Below, one piece after another: positions 24,713 to 39,248 of a stretch of 64,000 nucleotides of DNA (within the stretch, counting starts at the first letter, position 1; each line of letters begins with the position of its first letter). The DNA comes from Squalus acanthias (taxonomy: Eukaryota). Both the position numbers and the translations under genes were made by a program. The stretch lies in assembly GCA_030390025.1 (NCBI GenBank), contig CM059432.1:64730001-64794000 (forward strand), in the 5' to 3' direction. The notes beneath the pieces were generated by a model. The model was not told the DNA's origin and did not search any database. It saw nothing but the letters and a program-made list of their open reading frames with translations.

Positions 24713-27311
24713 GGGGGCGATTTTCCCAATGGAGGCGGGTTGGAGGCGGGTTTCGGTTTGGGTGGGTTCCAAACTTGCCTCCACTGAGAGGTGGGAAAAA
24801 ATTGCCATTTTCCCCTAATTGGCCAGTTGATTTCAGAGGTGTGGGTTGCCCTTGGACAATTAGTGTTTTGGGACTGAAACTTGCCTCTGCTGACGTCACT
24901 TATCCAGCTTCATTTAAGGGCTGCTTGCTGCCATGGCTCATTCCACTGGGTTTTGGTCGATGCTGCACCACCTCCAACATCTTTTCTGCTTCAACAATGG
25001 CCAACTCCAAGGCAAGGGCCTCCCCGAGGTTCTCAGATGAGGTGCTGGGAATGCTGGTTGAGGGGACGTGAGCCAGCAGGGAGGTGCTCTTCCCCTCATC
25101 TGGGAGGAAGAGGCCTCCCAAAGAAACCAAGGCTGCCTGGGTACAGCTGGCAAGGGAGATCACCTCCTGATCGGTGTGCAGCAGAACATGGGTGCCGTGC
25201 CGTAAAAGGTTCAATGACCTTGTAAGATCAGGCAAAGTGAGTATACCTTCAGCTTGACCCTCCTTCTGCTCCCCTTCTCCTCTCATCACCAGCACTCTGC
25301 ATTGTCAACCTCCTCCTCCACATCCCACTTTACCCATACAACCCTTGCACCCTTCACCATCCCTCTCACTCTATGAACCCAATCACTTGACTATTCAACT
25401 ATGCTGCCCTCACACTCCCTTTCATTGTTATGCAATGACAATGACTAACAACGCACAGGGAGGGTCCTTGGACATGGAACCTCACTCCATCTTTGTCTCC
25501 TTCTAAGCATCTATGCTCTGGACTCTCTACACTCACTCCATCATTCTCACTCCAACTCCACTTGTCTCCCTCACTGCAGGAAAAGAGAACCCACAATAGA
25601 AGGGAAAGAGCCATTCTCACCCAGGCTGAAGAGGCGGCCCTGGACATTGCCGGCGCAGAGGTGGAGGTGGAAGTGGGGGACGGACAGACGGGCAAGGCAG
25701 AGCAAGCTGGTGACAGAATAGTTTTGCCTCTCTCTCATTTACACTGCTTGAGTGACTGAAATGGCTGCTGGTGTACATTATTAGAATGCCACTTGAGCAT
25801 CTGCACTATTGCATGTGCATGCCTGATCTGTCAAGGCATCGGAATTGCATCTTCAACAAGCCAATGGTTTGCTCGATGATGGACCTGGTCGAAATGTGGC
25901 TGGCGTTGTAGCGCTCTTCAGCCTCGTTAGATGCTGATCGGCGTCATGAGACACTTCTTCAGGGGGTAGCCCTTGTCACCAAGGAGCCATCCATTAAGTT
26001 GGTTTGGCAGATTGAAGAGCGGAGGAACACTAGAGTTCCGCAGGATGAAAGAGTCATGGCAACTACCACAGGACTTGGCGCAAACTTGCAAAATCTCCTT
26101 CTTGTGGTTACACACCAGCTGTACGTTGAGGGAGTGGAAGCACTTGTGGTTGACAAAAAAAGCTGGGTTGTAATGGGGTGCCCTAAGGGCCACATGTGTG
26201 CAGTCTATGACGCCCTGCACCATTGGCAAGCCTGCCATATTTGCAAAGCCAACTGAACGTGCGGTTACACTTGCTTGATCCCTTGAGAAGTGGATGTAAT
26301 TGTGGGCCTTTGCGAAAAGGGCATCGGTAACCTGCGTGATGCAACTGTAGGCGGCCGACTGTGAGATGCCACTGATGTCTGCTGATGATCCCTGGAAGGA
26401 GCCTGAGGCAAAAAAGTTGAGTGCAGTGGTGACTTTGACAGCCACTAGTAAGGGGTGTCCACCCGCTCCTCTGGGCTCCAGGTGTTGGTGCAGCAGTGCG
26501 CAGATGTCTCCGACAACCTCTTGCGAAAGTCTCAGCCTCCTTTGGCACTGCTACTCAGTCATGTTGAGGTAGCTCATCCTCTGTCTGTAAACCCTGAGGG
26601 GGGTATCTCCTGCGGCGACGTGCTTCCATGCGCTGGCGCCTTCTGCCCTGTGCAGCATCAGGTGGGTGAGCAGGAGGTTGGGGCTCCTGCTGCTGTTGCT
26701 GCTGAGCTGCCTGGTTCTGCTGCTGTTGTGGCTGCTCCTCAACTGAATCTGAGCTCCATGGTGAAAGGAAATAAATAGTTCCCATGCTGCTGGCAGATAC
26801 CTCCGTTGGGGAAGCGCTCAGTCCAAGCGGGGAGAGGGTCTTCCAAGGAAGTCCCACAGTTGAGAGATAGAAGCTGCAGCACCTCCGACTTCTGTAGGCC
26901 TGCTAAAAGTGCTGAAAGACCTGTGGAACAAAAGTTCTGCCACCTGCAAATGCTCCCTGATGAAAGCTCAGTTTTAATGGTGGAGCTGCAGCTGTGAGGA
27001 GGCCACCCACTTTCAACCCGCCAGGTTTAGCTGGCATGGTTTAGGAGGGTCGTGGAACGCGCTGATAATGTGGTAAAATAATGAGGGCCTGTCAAAATAG
27101 GATTATAGAGGCTCTTAACTACTATTTAAGGGTCTTAACTACCTCTCTGGACTGATGGAGGCGGGACCGAATCGCACCCATCAAAACCGCCACCGGCAAA
27201 ATTGCGTGGAGGTGGGTTGGAGGCGGGTTCCGAACCCGCCCTCAGTTTTTGCCATTATGCCAACTGTCCCACCTCCAAACCTGCATCCTCGGGGCTGGGA
27301 AAATCGCCCTC
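24713..27311. mobile_element. PIF/Harbinger transposon B, both ends intact, internally deleted
   Basis: TIRs GGGGGCGATTTTCCCA / TGGGAAAATCGCCCTC, TSD TGA. Myb exons on + (~24977-25710, with stops); nuclease on - (ORF 25927-26445, [16 protein letters not shown]). Confidence 0.92.
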
Positions 27312-28518
27312 TGAGTGTGTCCGCTTCCACCACTTCCGTTGGCAGCGAATTCCAGGCCATCACCACTCGCTGCGTAAAAAGTTTTTCCTCACAACCCCCC
27401 TGTATCTCTTGCCCAAAACCTTAAATCTGTGTCCCCTAATCCTTGTACCATCAACTAGTGGGAACAGCCTTTCCCCATTTAGTATATCCAAACCCGTCAT
27501 AATCACCCCATAACCTCCTTTGTTCTAATGAAAACAAATCCAGCTTCTCCAACCTCTCCTTGTAGCTAAGATCCCCAATCCCCGGAACCATTCTGGTAAA
27601 TCTCCTCTGCACGCTCTCAAGGGCCTTCACATCCTTCCTAAAGTGTGGTGACCAGAATTGGATGCAATACTCCAGTTGTGGCCTAACCAGCGCATTATAG
27701 AGGTTCAGCATAACTTCTCTAGATTTGTACTCAATACCTCTATTTATGAAGCCCAAGATCCCATATGCTGTGTTAACCACTCTCTCAATATGTCCTGCCA
27801 CTTCAGGTCCCTATGCACATTAACTCCCAGGCCCCTCTGTAGGCGGCATTGTAGGCAGTGTAGATGAAAGCATAAAATTACAAAGAGATATTGATAGATT
27901 AAGTGAATGGGCAAAACTGTGGCAAATAGATTTCAATGTAAGCAAATGTGAGGTCATCTACTTTGGACTAAAAAAGGATAGAACAGGGTACTTTCTAAAT
28001 GGTGAAAAGCTAAACACGGTGGATGTCCAAGAGACTTGGGGGTTCAGGTACATAGATCATTAAAATGTCATGAACAGGTACAGAAAATAATCAAAAAGGC
28101 TAATGGAATGCTGGCCTTTATATCTAGAAGACTAGAATACAAGGGGGTAGAAGTTATGCTGCAGCTGTACAAAGCCCTGGTTAGACCACAGCTGGAGTAC
28201 TGTGAGCAGTTCTGGGCCCCACACCTTAAGAAGGATATATTGGCCTTGGAGGGAGCGCAGCATAGGTTTACCAGAATGCTAACTGGACTTCAAGGATTAA
28301 GTTACGAGGAGAGATTACACAAATTAGGGTTGTATTCCCTAGAATTTAGATGGTTAAGGGGTGACCTGATTGAAGCTTTCAAGATATTAAGGGGAACAGA
28401 TAGGGCAGATAGAGAGAAACTATTTCCACTGGTTGGGGATTCTAGGACTAGGGGCTATAGTCTAAAAATTAGAACCAGACCTTTCAGGAGTGAGATTAGG
28501 AAACACTTCTACACACAG

Positions 28519-31500
28519 TCAATTCGTTAATTAAATAAATCTGGAATAAAAAGTTAACATTAGTAATGGTAACCATGAAACTATCGGATTGTCGTAAAAG
28601 CCCATCTGGTTCACTAATGTCCTTTAGGGAAGGAAATCTGTCGTCTTACCTGGTCTGGCCTATATGTGACTCCAGACCCACAGCAATGTGGTTGACTCTT
28701 AACTGCCCTCTGAAATGGCCTAGCAAGTCACTCAGTTGTAATTAACCGCTACGAAACATAATAAGAATGAAACCGGATGGACCACCCAGCATCGACCTCG
28801 GCACCGGCTACAGACACGGCAATGGCACACCCAGCCCAGTCAACACTGCAAAGTCATCCTCACCAACATCTGGGGACTATTGCCAAAATTGGGAGAGCTG
28901 TCGCACAGACTAGTCAACCAACAGCCTGACATAGTCATACTCACAGAATCATACCTTTCAGCCAATGTCCCAAACTCCTCCATCACCATCCCTGGTTATG
29001 TCCTTTCCCACCGGCAGGACAGACCCACCAGGGGTGGCGGCACAGTGGTATACAGTCGGGAAGGAGTGGCCCTGGGAGTCCTCAACATTGACTCCGAACC
29101 CCATGAAGTCTCATGCCTTCAGGCCAAGCATGGGCAAGGAAACCTCCTGCTGATTACCAGCTACCGCCCTCCCTCAGCTGATGAATCAGTACTCCTCCAT
29201 GTTGAACACCACTTGGAAGAAGCACTGAGAGTAGCAAGGACACAGAATGTACTCTGGGTGGGGGACTTCAATGTCCATCACCAAGAGTGGCTCGGTAGCA
29301 CCACCACTGATCGAGCTGGCCGAGTCCTGAAGGACATAACTGCCAGTCTGGGCCTGCGACAGGTGGTGAGAGAACCAACACGAGGGAAAAACCTACTTGA
29401 CCTCGTCCTCACAAATCTACCTGTCGCAGATGCACCTGTCCATGACAGCATTGGCAGCAGTGACTACCACACAGTCTTTGTGGAGACGAAGTCCCATCTT
29501 CACACTGAGGACACCCTCCATCGTGTTGTGTGGCACTACCACCGTGCTAAATAGGATAGATTCAGAACTGATCTAGCAGCTCAAACTGGGCATCCATGAG
29601 GTGCTGTGGGCCATCAGCAGCAGCAGAATTGTATTCCACCACAATCTGTAACCTCATGGCCCGGCATATCCCTCCCTCTACCATTACCACCAAGCCAGGG
29701 GACCAACCCTGGTTCAATAAGGAGTGTAGAAGAGCATGCAGGGAGCAGCACCAGGCATACCCAAAAATGAAGTGCCAACCTGGGGAAGCTACAACAAAGG
29801 ACTACATGCATGCTAAAAAGAGGAAGCAGCATGCTATAGACAGGGCTAAGCGATTCCACAATCAACGGAACAGATCAAAGCTCTGCAGTCCTGCCACATC
29901 CAGTCGTGAATGGTGGTGGACCATTAAACAACTAACGGGAGGAGGAGGCTCCATGAAGATCCCCAACCTCAATGATGGTGGAGCCCAGCACGTGAGTGCA
30001 AAAGACAAGGCTGAAGCATTTGCAACCATCTTCAGCCAGAAGTGCCGAGTGGATGATCCATATCGGCCTACTCCTGAGGTCCCCACCATCACAGAAGTCA
30101 GTCTTCAGCCAATTCTATTCACTCCACGTGATATCAAGAAATGGCTGAGCGCACTGGATACAGCAAAGGCTATGGGCCCCGACAACAACCCAGCTATCGT
30201 GCTGAAGACTTGTGCTCCAGAACTAGCCGCGCCTCTAGCCAAGCTGTTCCAGTACAGCTACAATACTGGCATCTATCCGACAATGTGGAAAACTGCCCAG
30301 GTATGTCCTGTCCACAAAAAGCAGGACAAATCCAACCCGGCCAATTCCCGCCCTATCAGTCTACTCTCAATCATCAGCAAAGTGATGGAAGGTGTCATCG
30401 ACAGTGCTATCAAGTGGCACTTACTCACCAATAACCTGCTCACTAATACCCAGTTTGGGTTCCGCCAAGACCACTCGGCTCCCGATCTCATTACAGCCTT
30501 GGTCCAAACATGGACGAAGGAGCTGAATTCCAGAGGTGAGGTGAGAGTGACTGCCCTTCACATCAAGGCAGCATTTGACCGAGTGTGGCATCAAGGAGCC
30601 CGAGTAAAACTGAAGTCAATGGGAATCAGGGGGAAAACGTTCCACTGGCTGGAGTCATACCTAGCACAAAGGAAGATGGTTGTGGTGATTGAAGGCCAAT
30701 CATCACAGCCCCAGGACATCGCTGCAGGAGTTCCTCAGGGCAGTGTCCTAGGCCCAACCATCTTCAGCTGCTTCATCAATGACCTTCCCTCCAACATAAG
30801 GTCAGAAATGGGGATGTTCGCTGATGACTGCACAGTGTTCATCGCCATTCACAACTCCTCAGATAATGAAGCAGTCCATGCCGGCATGCAAGAAGACCTG
30901 GATGATGTTCAGGCTTGGGCTGATAAGTGGCAGGAAACATTCGCGCCACAGAAGTGCCAGGCAATGACTATCTCCAACAAATGAGAGCCTAACCACCGCC
31001 CCTTGACATTCAATGGAATTACCATTGCTGAATCCCCCACCATCAACATCCTGGGGGTCACCATTGACCAGAAACTTAACTGGACCAGCCACATAAATAC
31101 TGCGGCAACAAGAGCAGGTCAGAGGCTAGGTATTCTGCGGCGAGTGTCTCACCTCCTGACTCCCCAAATCCTTTCCACCATCTACAAGGCACAAGTAAGG
31201 AGTGTGATATAATACTCTCCGCTTGCCTGGATGAGTGCAGCTCCAACAACACTCAAGAAGCTCGACACCATCCAGGAGAAAGCAGCCCGTTTGATTGGCA
31301 CCCCATCCGACCACCTTAAACATTCACTCCCTCCACCACCAGCGTACCGTGGCTGCAGTGTGTACCATCTACAAGATGCACTGCAGCAACTCGCCACCGA
31401 TTCTTCGGCAGCACCTCCGAAACCCGCGACCTCTTCCACCTAGAGGACAAGGGCAGCAGGCACATGGGAACACCACCACCTCCAAGTTCCCCTCCAAGTC

Positions 31501-31720
31501 ACACACCATCCTGACTTAGAAGTATATCGCCGATCCTTCATCGTCGCTGGGTCAAAATCCTGGAACTCCCTACCTAACAGCACTGTGGGAGTACCTTCAT
31601 CACTCAGACTGCAGCGGTTCAAGGAGGCGGCGCGCCAACACCTTCTCAAGGACAACTAGGGATGGGCAATGAATGCTGGCCTTGCCAGCGACGCCCAGAT
31701 CCCATAAGCGAATAAAAAAA
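28519..31720 (+). mobile_element. Long copy of the second CR1-group LINE family (endonuclease plus RT), few disruptions
   Basis: ORFs 28880-29554 (ILTESYL, VGDFNVHH, LLDLVLTN), 29596-30984 ([12 protein letters not shown]) and 31003-31212; A-rich tail. Confidence 0.93.
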
Positions 31721-31954
31721 CCCACAAATGGTGGTAGAATTTTGGAACTCTCTTCCACAAATGGCAATTGATGCTAGATCAATTGTTAATTTTTAAATCT
31801 GAGATTGATAGCTTTTTGTTAACCAAAGGTATTAAGACATATGGGCCAAAGGTGGGTATATGAAGTTAGATCACAGATCAGCCATGATCTCATTGAATGG
31901 AGGAACAGGCTGGAGGGCTGAATGGCCTACTCCTGTTACTCTGTTCCCATGAGC

Positions 31955-34900
31955 AACATTCTCCTTTCACATGATAGCTTTTGCAGAATCAGCACCTTCT
32001 CTCAGGACTCCTTTGGCACCACGCTCCATTCAGCACCTCCTCATCCTGCTTGCATCTTGCTTCTTCTCCCTCTCAACATATGCACTACCATCACAAGTCC
32101 CACACATCTGTACTCTCCATTTATGCCAACTAGCAGGAGGTCCTCTCCACAAGTCTCCCACACAATGTAGAGGGAGATAGCCGACCATGTCATGAGCAGC
32201 ACTGTGGTCCCCAGGACCTACACCCACAGGAAGAAGTTTAACGACCTCACATGGGTGGTCAGGGTGAGTGAAGGCTTCAACAAATGCTACGTACCACAGG
32301 CTTCACACACTGCTCAATGCACCACATCCCTAGCACTCACCCACCAACAATCTCTACCTAGCAACACTCGCACCCACATCTCACACCTTGCACACAATGA
32401 CAGCTATTCAACTATGGCAGGCACATCACCTAAACACATTGCATCACACTCACTCACACAATTTCCTTTCTGTTGTAAGCCAAGGTGGCTCACAATCGAG
32501 GGAGCAGGCAGCGGACAGGCAGGGGCCAAGCCCACATTGAACAGCTGAGCCAGCTGGAGAGTCGAGTGCTGGAGATCTTTGGGCACCACGTCTTGGGCAC
32601 CGTGGCCACCAGCGATGTTGACCCCCTTGGGGACAACAACGGTATGTTCATTCCTACTCGTTCTTCTCACATCCTACTTCCCCGTCAGCCCACAATCTTT
32701 TCTCACTTTCAAGCTACTCATGCATTTCTGCCTTCCTGCCCCCCTCCTCTCACCATAACCTGACTCTTGTGCCTTTCTGCTTTCACATAATGAGCAAGCA
32801 CCTGAGCAGCCTTTCCCTGAGGGCACTGCAGAGAGCGAGGCGGGGAGAAGAGGAGGAGGAGGAAGAAGACACCGCGTCACTGCATCCGTCACTCACAGAC
32901 ACCAGCTCAGATACTGACACTACATGTTCTTTAGAGGCTAGTGTAGTAGCGGGATCTGCACAATGTGAGGTACCGGGCACGAGCGGGCTGCAGCAAGGCC
33001 AGGGGGAAAGGGTAGCTCGGGGGCCAGCTCCCCTGAGGGCGGGTTCGCGTGCGAGTTCTGTTCCACAGGACTCAGATGAGGACCTCGATGGGGAGGCCTT
33101 CAGAAAAAGGGTGTTGGGCATGCACACAGAAATGACAGATGCAATGGCAAGGCTGCCAGAGAGCCTCTCGGCAATGAGAAGGAGCTTCGAAGAGTCTGTC
33201 TCCAACATTGCACAAGGCTCTGCGCAGAGCAGGGAGCCCATCATTTCCAGTCTGCAAATGATGGTACACTCCCAGAGAGATCGTGGCGACCCAGACGTGA
33301 TGGCGCGCATGATGAGCGATGTCGCAGCTTCCATTGCAGCACAGGCGGAAGCGACCCAACGTCTTAATGCTGTAGCGGAAGCTTTGGCTGCTCTCACGCA
33401 GTCTCTGCTTGAAGCCACCCAAGCTCAGACTGCTGCCATCATGGCCAGGTTTACCACTGTTGACTGGGGCTTTCACGGTGTCGCAGCAGGTGAGCAATCT
33501 GTGCTCCAACAGATTGCTAGGAATATTGAGGTGCCGCCCCGGGGGGGAGTGGCAGTGGGGTTGTGGAGCAGGAATCTGCTGTCTCTCTCAGGATGAGAGC
33601 ATTCCTGCTCCCACCACTGCCACTCCACTATTGCTCTTGTTGCTGCCTGTCTTACAGCCAGCTCAGACTGCTGCCGCTCAGGCCAAGGTGGTGCAGAGCT
33701 GGTCGAGGTCGTCCTGCAAGGCCATCTGAAGTCTCCCGCACGGAAACTCAGCAGCCTTCCACCAGCTGTGCTGCAGCCACTGGGGGCGCACTGCGTAGGA
33801 GCACTAGAGTAGGAAAAGGCACACAAGCGACAGGCACTAAGGGATTGCACAAGGGTGATTAGTTAATAGTATTGATGTAATATGTGTGATATGTGTATAG
33901 ATAAATTTATTAATTATGTTTGGAATCTTTTGTGGTGTCTCTCATTTCAGCTTTGCGCCCAGGAGGATGCTGTGATATGGCCTGCGACAGGGATTGTATG
34001 ATGAGAATGTGGTGAGCAACGGGGATCTGGGGTTTCATTCATTCGAATCGGAGTCTGATGAGCTGGTCACGGACCACCTGTCCGGAAGACCGATTGTCTG
34101 GCTGCCTCCTCCCTCCCACCTGTTCCTCGTCCTCCTGCTCCTCGTCCTCCTGCTCCTCATCCTCCTCCTGAGGTGGTCCCGTAATCCCTGGTGGTAAGGG
34201 CTGCGCCCTCATGATGGCCAAGTTGTGGAGCATGCAGCAGACCATCACGAAATGGGACTCCCGCTCTGGCGAGTACTGGAGGGTTCCTCCCGAGCAGTCA
34301 AGGCAGCGGAACTGTTGCTTCAGTAGGCCGATGATCTGCTCGATGATGTTCCTGGTGGCAGCATGGCTCTCATTATATGAGTGCTGGGCAGGAGTGTTGG
34401 GGTTGTGGAGGGGAGTCATGAGCCTGGTGGAGAGCGGATAGCCCTTGACTCTGAGCAGCCACCCTCGAGCTTGACGTGCTGGCTGGAAGAGTGCTGGCAC
34501 ACCGGTCTGGCGCAGGAAGAAGGCATCGTGGCTGCTGCCAGGATAGTGAGCATTAACATTAAGTGAGTGATAGCCTTTGCGGTTACGGAAGATCTCAGGA
34601 TTGTTATGCGGTGCCCGCAAAGTCACATGGGTCCAGTTGATGGCGCCCTGCACCATAGGGAAGCCCACTATTCTGGCAAAGCCACATGCACGCTCACCTT
34701 GCTTCTCTCTGTTGATCGGGAAGTCAATATAGTCCCAGTGTAGAGCGCCTCAGTGACCTCCCGGATGCAGCGATGGAAGGCGAACTGGGAGATGTTAGCT
34801 ATGTCTCCTGTTGCAGACTGAAAGGATCCGCTGGCGAAGAAATTGAGGGCCACGGTGACCTTGACTGCCACTGAGAGAGCCGTGGTCGCCCTGATCTGAA

Positions 34901-35647
34901 GCTGGAGGTCTGGTTGCAGGAGGTGGCAGAGTTCTGTGACCACCTCCTTGGTGAAGCGGAGCCTCCTAATACACTGCTCCTCGCTTCATTGAAGGTAGGA
35001 GAAGTGGTGTCGGAGCATAAGGCCTGCTTTTGAGAGCCCTGATGGCCCTCCTCCTCCCTCTGGGCACCTGGTCCAGTCTTTCTCACTGCCTCCGTTCCCT
35101 CCGCCGTAGATCCTGGTGGGCGCGGTCGACTGCCAGTACAGCCCCCATGACTTTTAACAAGTGTTTGAAGCATTTCAAAAATAATGAGGGAGTTTTGTAC
35201 TTGCCAGAACACTCACTGATACCAAATAACCTTGAAATGACAAAAGAAAACTCTTGCAGTAGCAGGAATTAGCACACAGACACTCAAACTTCAAAACCCT
35301 GTCAGGTGCGAGTGATTGGTGAGGATTCCTTTAAATAGCGTCACTGAAGCTGGCTTCCTGATGCTGCACACCACCTCAACCTGTCATTGCTTTCTCCAGC
35401 CGGTAAGTTCAATGGCCAAAACGAAGTTGGGAGATCAGGCGTCAAGTGAGTGTTGCACACTCATTGACGTCATGATCTCCATGACTGAGATGTCCCTAGT
35501 GATCGAGTTTACCGGCAGCGCTACCGGCAAGACGGATATGGCATGCGGCGCGGGAACCGGCATCAGGTGGCATTAGAGGTCTCAGCAGCGTTTTAGCGTC
35601 ATCTCATGACGCTAACGTGTGGCGCTAAACACACGAATGTCTAGCCC
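31955..35647. mobile_element. PIF/Harbinger transposon C (decayed Myb gene + at ~32170-33860; nuclease -); left end lost
   Basis: RKKFNDL at ~32230; acidic/coiled-coil ORF 32769-33596; right end AATGTCTAGCCC. Confidence 0.85.
34039..35148 (-). pseudogene. Harbinger DDE nuclease (HARBI1-like), decayed
   Basis: [35 protein letters not shown], acidic tail; catalytic Asp motifs altered (GAINWTH, LRVKGY). Confidence 0.9.
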
Positions 35648-36363
35648 TTGAGGTCCAAAGAGATTTGGTAGTCCAGGTACATAGATCATTAAAATGTCAT
35701 GAACTGGTACAGAAAGTAATCAGAAAGACTAATGGAATGCTGGCCTTTATATCTCGAGGACTAGAATACAAGGGGATAAAAGTCATGCTACAGCTATACA
35801 AAGTCCTGGTTAGACCACACCTGGAGTACTGTGTTCGATTCTGGGCACCACACTTAAGAAGGATGTATTGACCTTGGAGGGAGTGCAGCATAGATTTACC
35901 AGAATGATACCTGGACTCCAAGGGTTAAATTACGAGGAGAGATTACACAAACTAGGGTTGTATTCCCTGGAATTTAGAAGGTTAAGAGGTGATTTGATCA
36001 AAGTTTAAGATATTAAGGTGAACTGATAGGGTAGATAGAGAGAACTGTTGTCGCTGGTTGGGGAGTCTAGGACTAGGGGACATAGCTTAATAATTAGAGC
36101 CAGGCCTTTCAGGAGTGAAGTTAGGAAACACTTCCACACACAAAGGGTGGTAGAAGTTTGAAACTCTCTTCTGCAAATGCGGTTGATGCTAGGTTAATTG
36201 TCAATTTTAAATCTGAGATTGGTAGATTTTTGTTAACCAATGGCATTAAGGGATATGGGGCAAAGGACTCCATATGGAATTAGGTCACAGATCAGCCATG
36301 ATCTTATTGAATGGCAGAACAGGTTCAAGCGGCTAAATGGCCTACTCCTGTTCCTCTGTTCTG
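35648..36363 (+). mobile_element. CR1 LINE 3' fragment
   Basis: ORF 35665-35871 ([13 protein letters not shown]) and CR1 3' UTR. Confidence 0.9.
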
Positions 36364-39247
36364 ATGGTCAGATTTTCTTCTCTGAGGTTGTCTCACCTTA
36401 TAGTTCACTGGGCCCACCACCTCTATAACCTCATAAAAGGCCCCTGCCACCGCGCAAAGAGCTTGCTTTCAGTTGTGGAGACAAGGACCATAACACGGTC
36501 GCCTGGTCAGAACCTTCTGACCTCAGCCTCTATTATACTGGGCTCTCTGGTTTTCCAGCATCTTCTCTAAATGAGCTCTCACTATGGGTGTAACTGGCTC
36601 GATCTGCTCCCTCATCTTCACTGTGTGCTCAATAATATTTTTGGAGTAACAGTTTTGTTCCTCCCATTCCTCTTCAGCAATGTCAAGGATTCCACGAGGC
36701 TGTCGCCCATACAGCAGCTCAAATGCGGAAAACCCTGTAGAGGGCTGGGGCACCTCCCTAACTGCATACATGAGATACGGCAGTAGGGTATCCCAGTTTT
36801 CCCATCCTTATCCAGAACCTTTTTTAGCATACCCTTGAGAGTTCTATTGAACCTCTCCACAAGGCCACCTGTTTAAGGATGGTACACAGAGGTCCTTAGA
36901 CTCTTAATGTGGAGCAGGGTACAAAGTTCTTTCATCAGTTTGGACACAAAGGGAGTCCCCTGGTACATTGAGATCTCCTTTGGGATTCCCACCCTGGAGA
37001 ACATCTTCACTAATTCACTTGCTAAGGTTTTAGAGATTGTATTCCTTAGTGGAATCACCTTGGGATATTGCATGGCATAGTCAACGACAACTAAAATATA
37101 CTGGTGTCCTCGTGCTGACTCTCCAGCGGTCCCACTAGGTCCATAGTAATCCTTTTGAAGGGCACCACAATTTATTGGGAGAGAGACTAATGGAGTGTGA
37201 TAATGAGGCCTGGGTCCACACAGTTGACACGCTGCACAGAAGGTACAGAACCGGTGTACTTCTTTATACACCTCTGGCCAGAAGAATCGTCTCAACAGCC
37301 ACTCCAGAGTCTTCTCCGTTCCCAAGTGTCCTCCGAATAGGTGCTTGTGGGCCAAGTGAAGGAAGGTCCGCCTATGTGTCCATGGCACCAGCAATTGCTG
37401 CACTTCCTCCCAATGCCCCCAAGTCACCCTGAATAAAAAGTCATTATTTACTATGTAATACGGCCCAGGACCTTTTGTTTTACCCTCAATGGGATGCCCA
37501 TTTATCACTACTACCTCTTGCTTCACATTTCGTAGGACTGGATCAATTATCTGTTCCCATTGAAAGCCAGAAGTACATATATCTAGTCCCTTGAAATTTA
37601 TCCCAACCTCCCCTGGGTGGTCGACCAGAAGAGCTCCTCTCAACCACCCCGCTTCTACCAGGCCTGGTTCTGTCTCTGGGGCTGGAGAAGCAGAGGGAAT
37701 AGGGTTTTGGTCCCCTACTAAAACTCAAGGCACCTCCACCCTAATTCATCTTGCCTTGCCTTTCCTTCGTTCCCGTTTTGATTTTCTGGGTTTCCCGGAC
37801 CCCTGATACAACTCTAGATCTACAAATGGAAACACTTGAGAGGCTCTCAATCTGCTCCTTTTCTTGTAGGCAGTCTGGATCCCTTCCCTTCCTTTGGATA
37901 AGGGTATTAAACCCCAGTAAATCCCTCCCAGTATTACAGGCTGAGGAAGCTTGGGTACCACCCAGCCTTTACTTCCCAGGCACCTCCCTTCACTTCCACC
38001 TTGACCCGGGTGGTGGGGTAATAAAATACGTCACCATGTACGCACTTTATTAACATTTTATCCACATGGTCTAGATCTGAAGACCATACTAGAGTCAAGG
38101 AAACCAGGGTTACTGCACTCTGAGTCAGTAAGGGCCTTCACCTCCTTTCCATTAACCTTTATTGTTTCTAGGAAGGGGTGACCCCCCTCCACATGGCTCA
38201 CAAGCTACACTACCCAACCTGGGTAATCCCTGGTGGCATCCCCTGATTCCCCGAGGCTGCATTGCATGGGTTCCTTCTAGTTTGGGCAGTGTGCTGCTAC
38301 ATGCCACTCATCATACCAGTACATTTTCCCTGGTTTCCTGTTTACCCCAGGATTTGAAGTTATATGGGCCGACCCCATAAGTCCCTTCACCGCTCTTCAG
38401 CACCCCTTACATGTTTTTCAGCCCAGGATCTAGTCCCATTCTTTAGACTCGGGGGTTGTCTAGGATTGCGTGGCCTGGAGAATGTCAGGGATCTGACCAT
38501 GTCCTCTGCAGCGAGTTGTCTTTCCACCAGCGCAATCAACTTTTGAGAATTGGCCGGGGTCCCTTGACCTACTCATTTTGTATTCTGGGGTGGAAGGGCT
38601 CGTAGATAGCGGTCCATTACCAGCAGCCCCACAATCCTGGCAGGGAGTTGTCAGGTTGAAGCCACCGAATGGCCATATGTATCAGTTTAAACTTTTGAGA
38701 GCAGGGTGCCTTGCCCTCCTGATAGGTCCAGGCATTGAACCTCTGAGCCCAAACCATTAAGGTGACGCCAGCCCCCAACTGTGGGTAGTTGGCCGCCTCC
38801 TATGGCTCCAGGTCAAAGCAGGCCTTCTGAGCATAGTCCACTAAGAGTGTCACAATGCCAGCCCATTGGTCTTGTGGTCACCTCTCGCGCTCAACACATC
38901 TTTCAAAGGCCAAGAGCTATGTCTCCACATCGTCCTCTGGAGTCATTTTCTGCAGCATTAGACTGGCTCGGATAGGTTGGATGGGGAATTCCGGCCCTTC
39001 CATCCAGCTCTACTGCTGTTTCAACTCAGTGATCTCAACTGACTCTGGGCAATCTGGTATTTGGGTGATCGCCTGTGGGCCTCAAGGATCTGAGTGGTCC
39101 TCTTGTGCATGCTGGTGGGCCTCTTGTGCGGCCCCGTGGACCCCTTGCAGAGCTCATATGGCCCGCACCAGTTCTCTAAACATTTCCTCCATTGGGGTTG
39201 GTCTCTTTATTTCTCCATTAGAGACTCAGATCCTACTTCTGACATCA
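36364..39247 (-). mobile_element. Gmr1-like Gypsy retrotransposon internal region: PBS, gag, protease, integrase (RT/RNase H missing)
   Basis: Minus strand: PBS-like TGATGTCAGAAGTAGGAT; gag QKMTPEDDVET*LLAFER..QWAG; protease VNGKEVKALTDSE; integrase HLGTEKT, YILVVVDYA, VERFNRTLK, STGFSAFELLYGRQPRG. No RT between protease and integrase. Confidence 0.85.
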
Positions 39248-39248
39248 C

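Larger units (their letters stand above)
23886..27840 (-). mobile_element. CR1 3' fragment (GAGTCATA-tail subfamily) carrying two Harbinger-type insertions
   Basis: ORF 27451-27801; colinear with the uninterrupted copy at 63057-63800. Confidence 0.88.
23535..31950 (+). mobile_element. CR1 LINE split into three pieces (~23535-23885, 27841-28517, 31721-31950) by later insertions
   Basis: RT reads on across the gaps (..KFADET | GGIV..; ..HFYTQ | ..VVEFWNSLP); ORFs 23691-23885 and 28036-28530. Confidence 0.85.

Noticed and set aside
21361..35148. Domesticated HARBI1 or NAIF1/MSANTD host genes
   Set aside because: Multiple copies with frameshifts and stops, bounded by TIRs: transposon remnants
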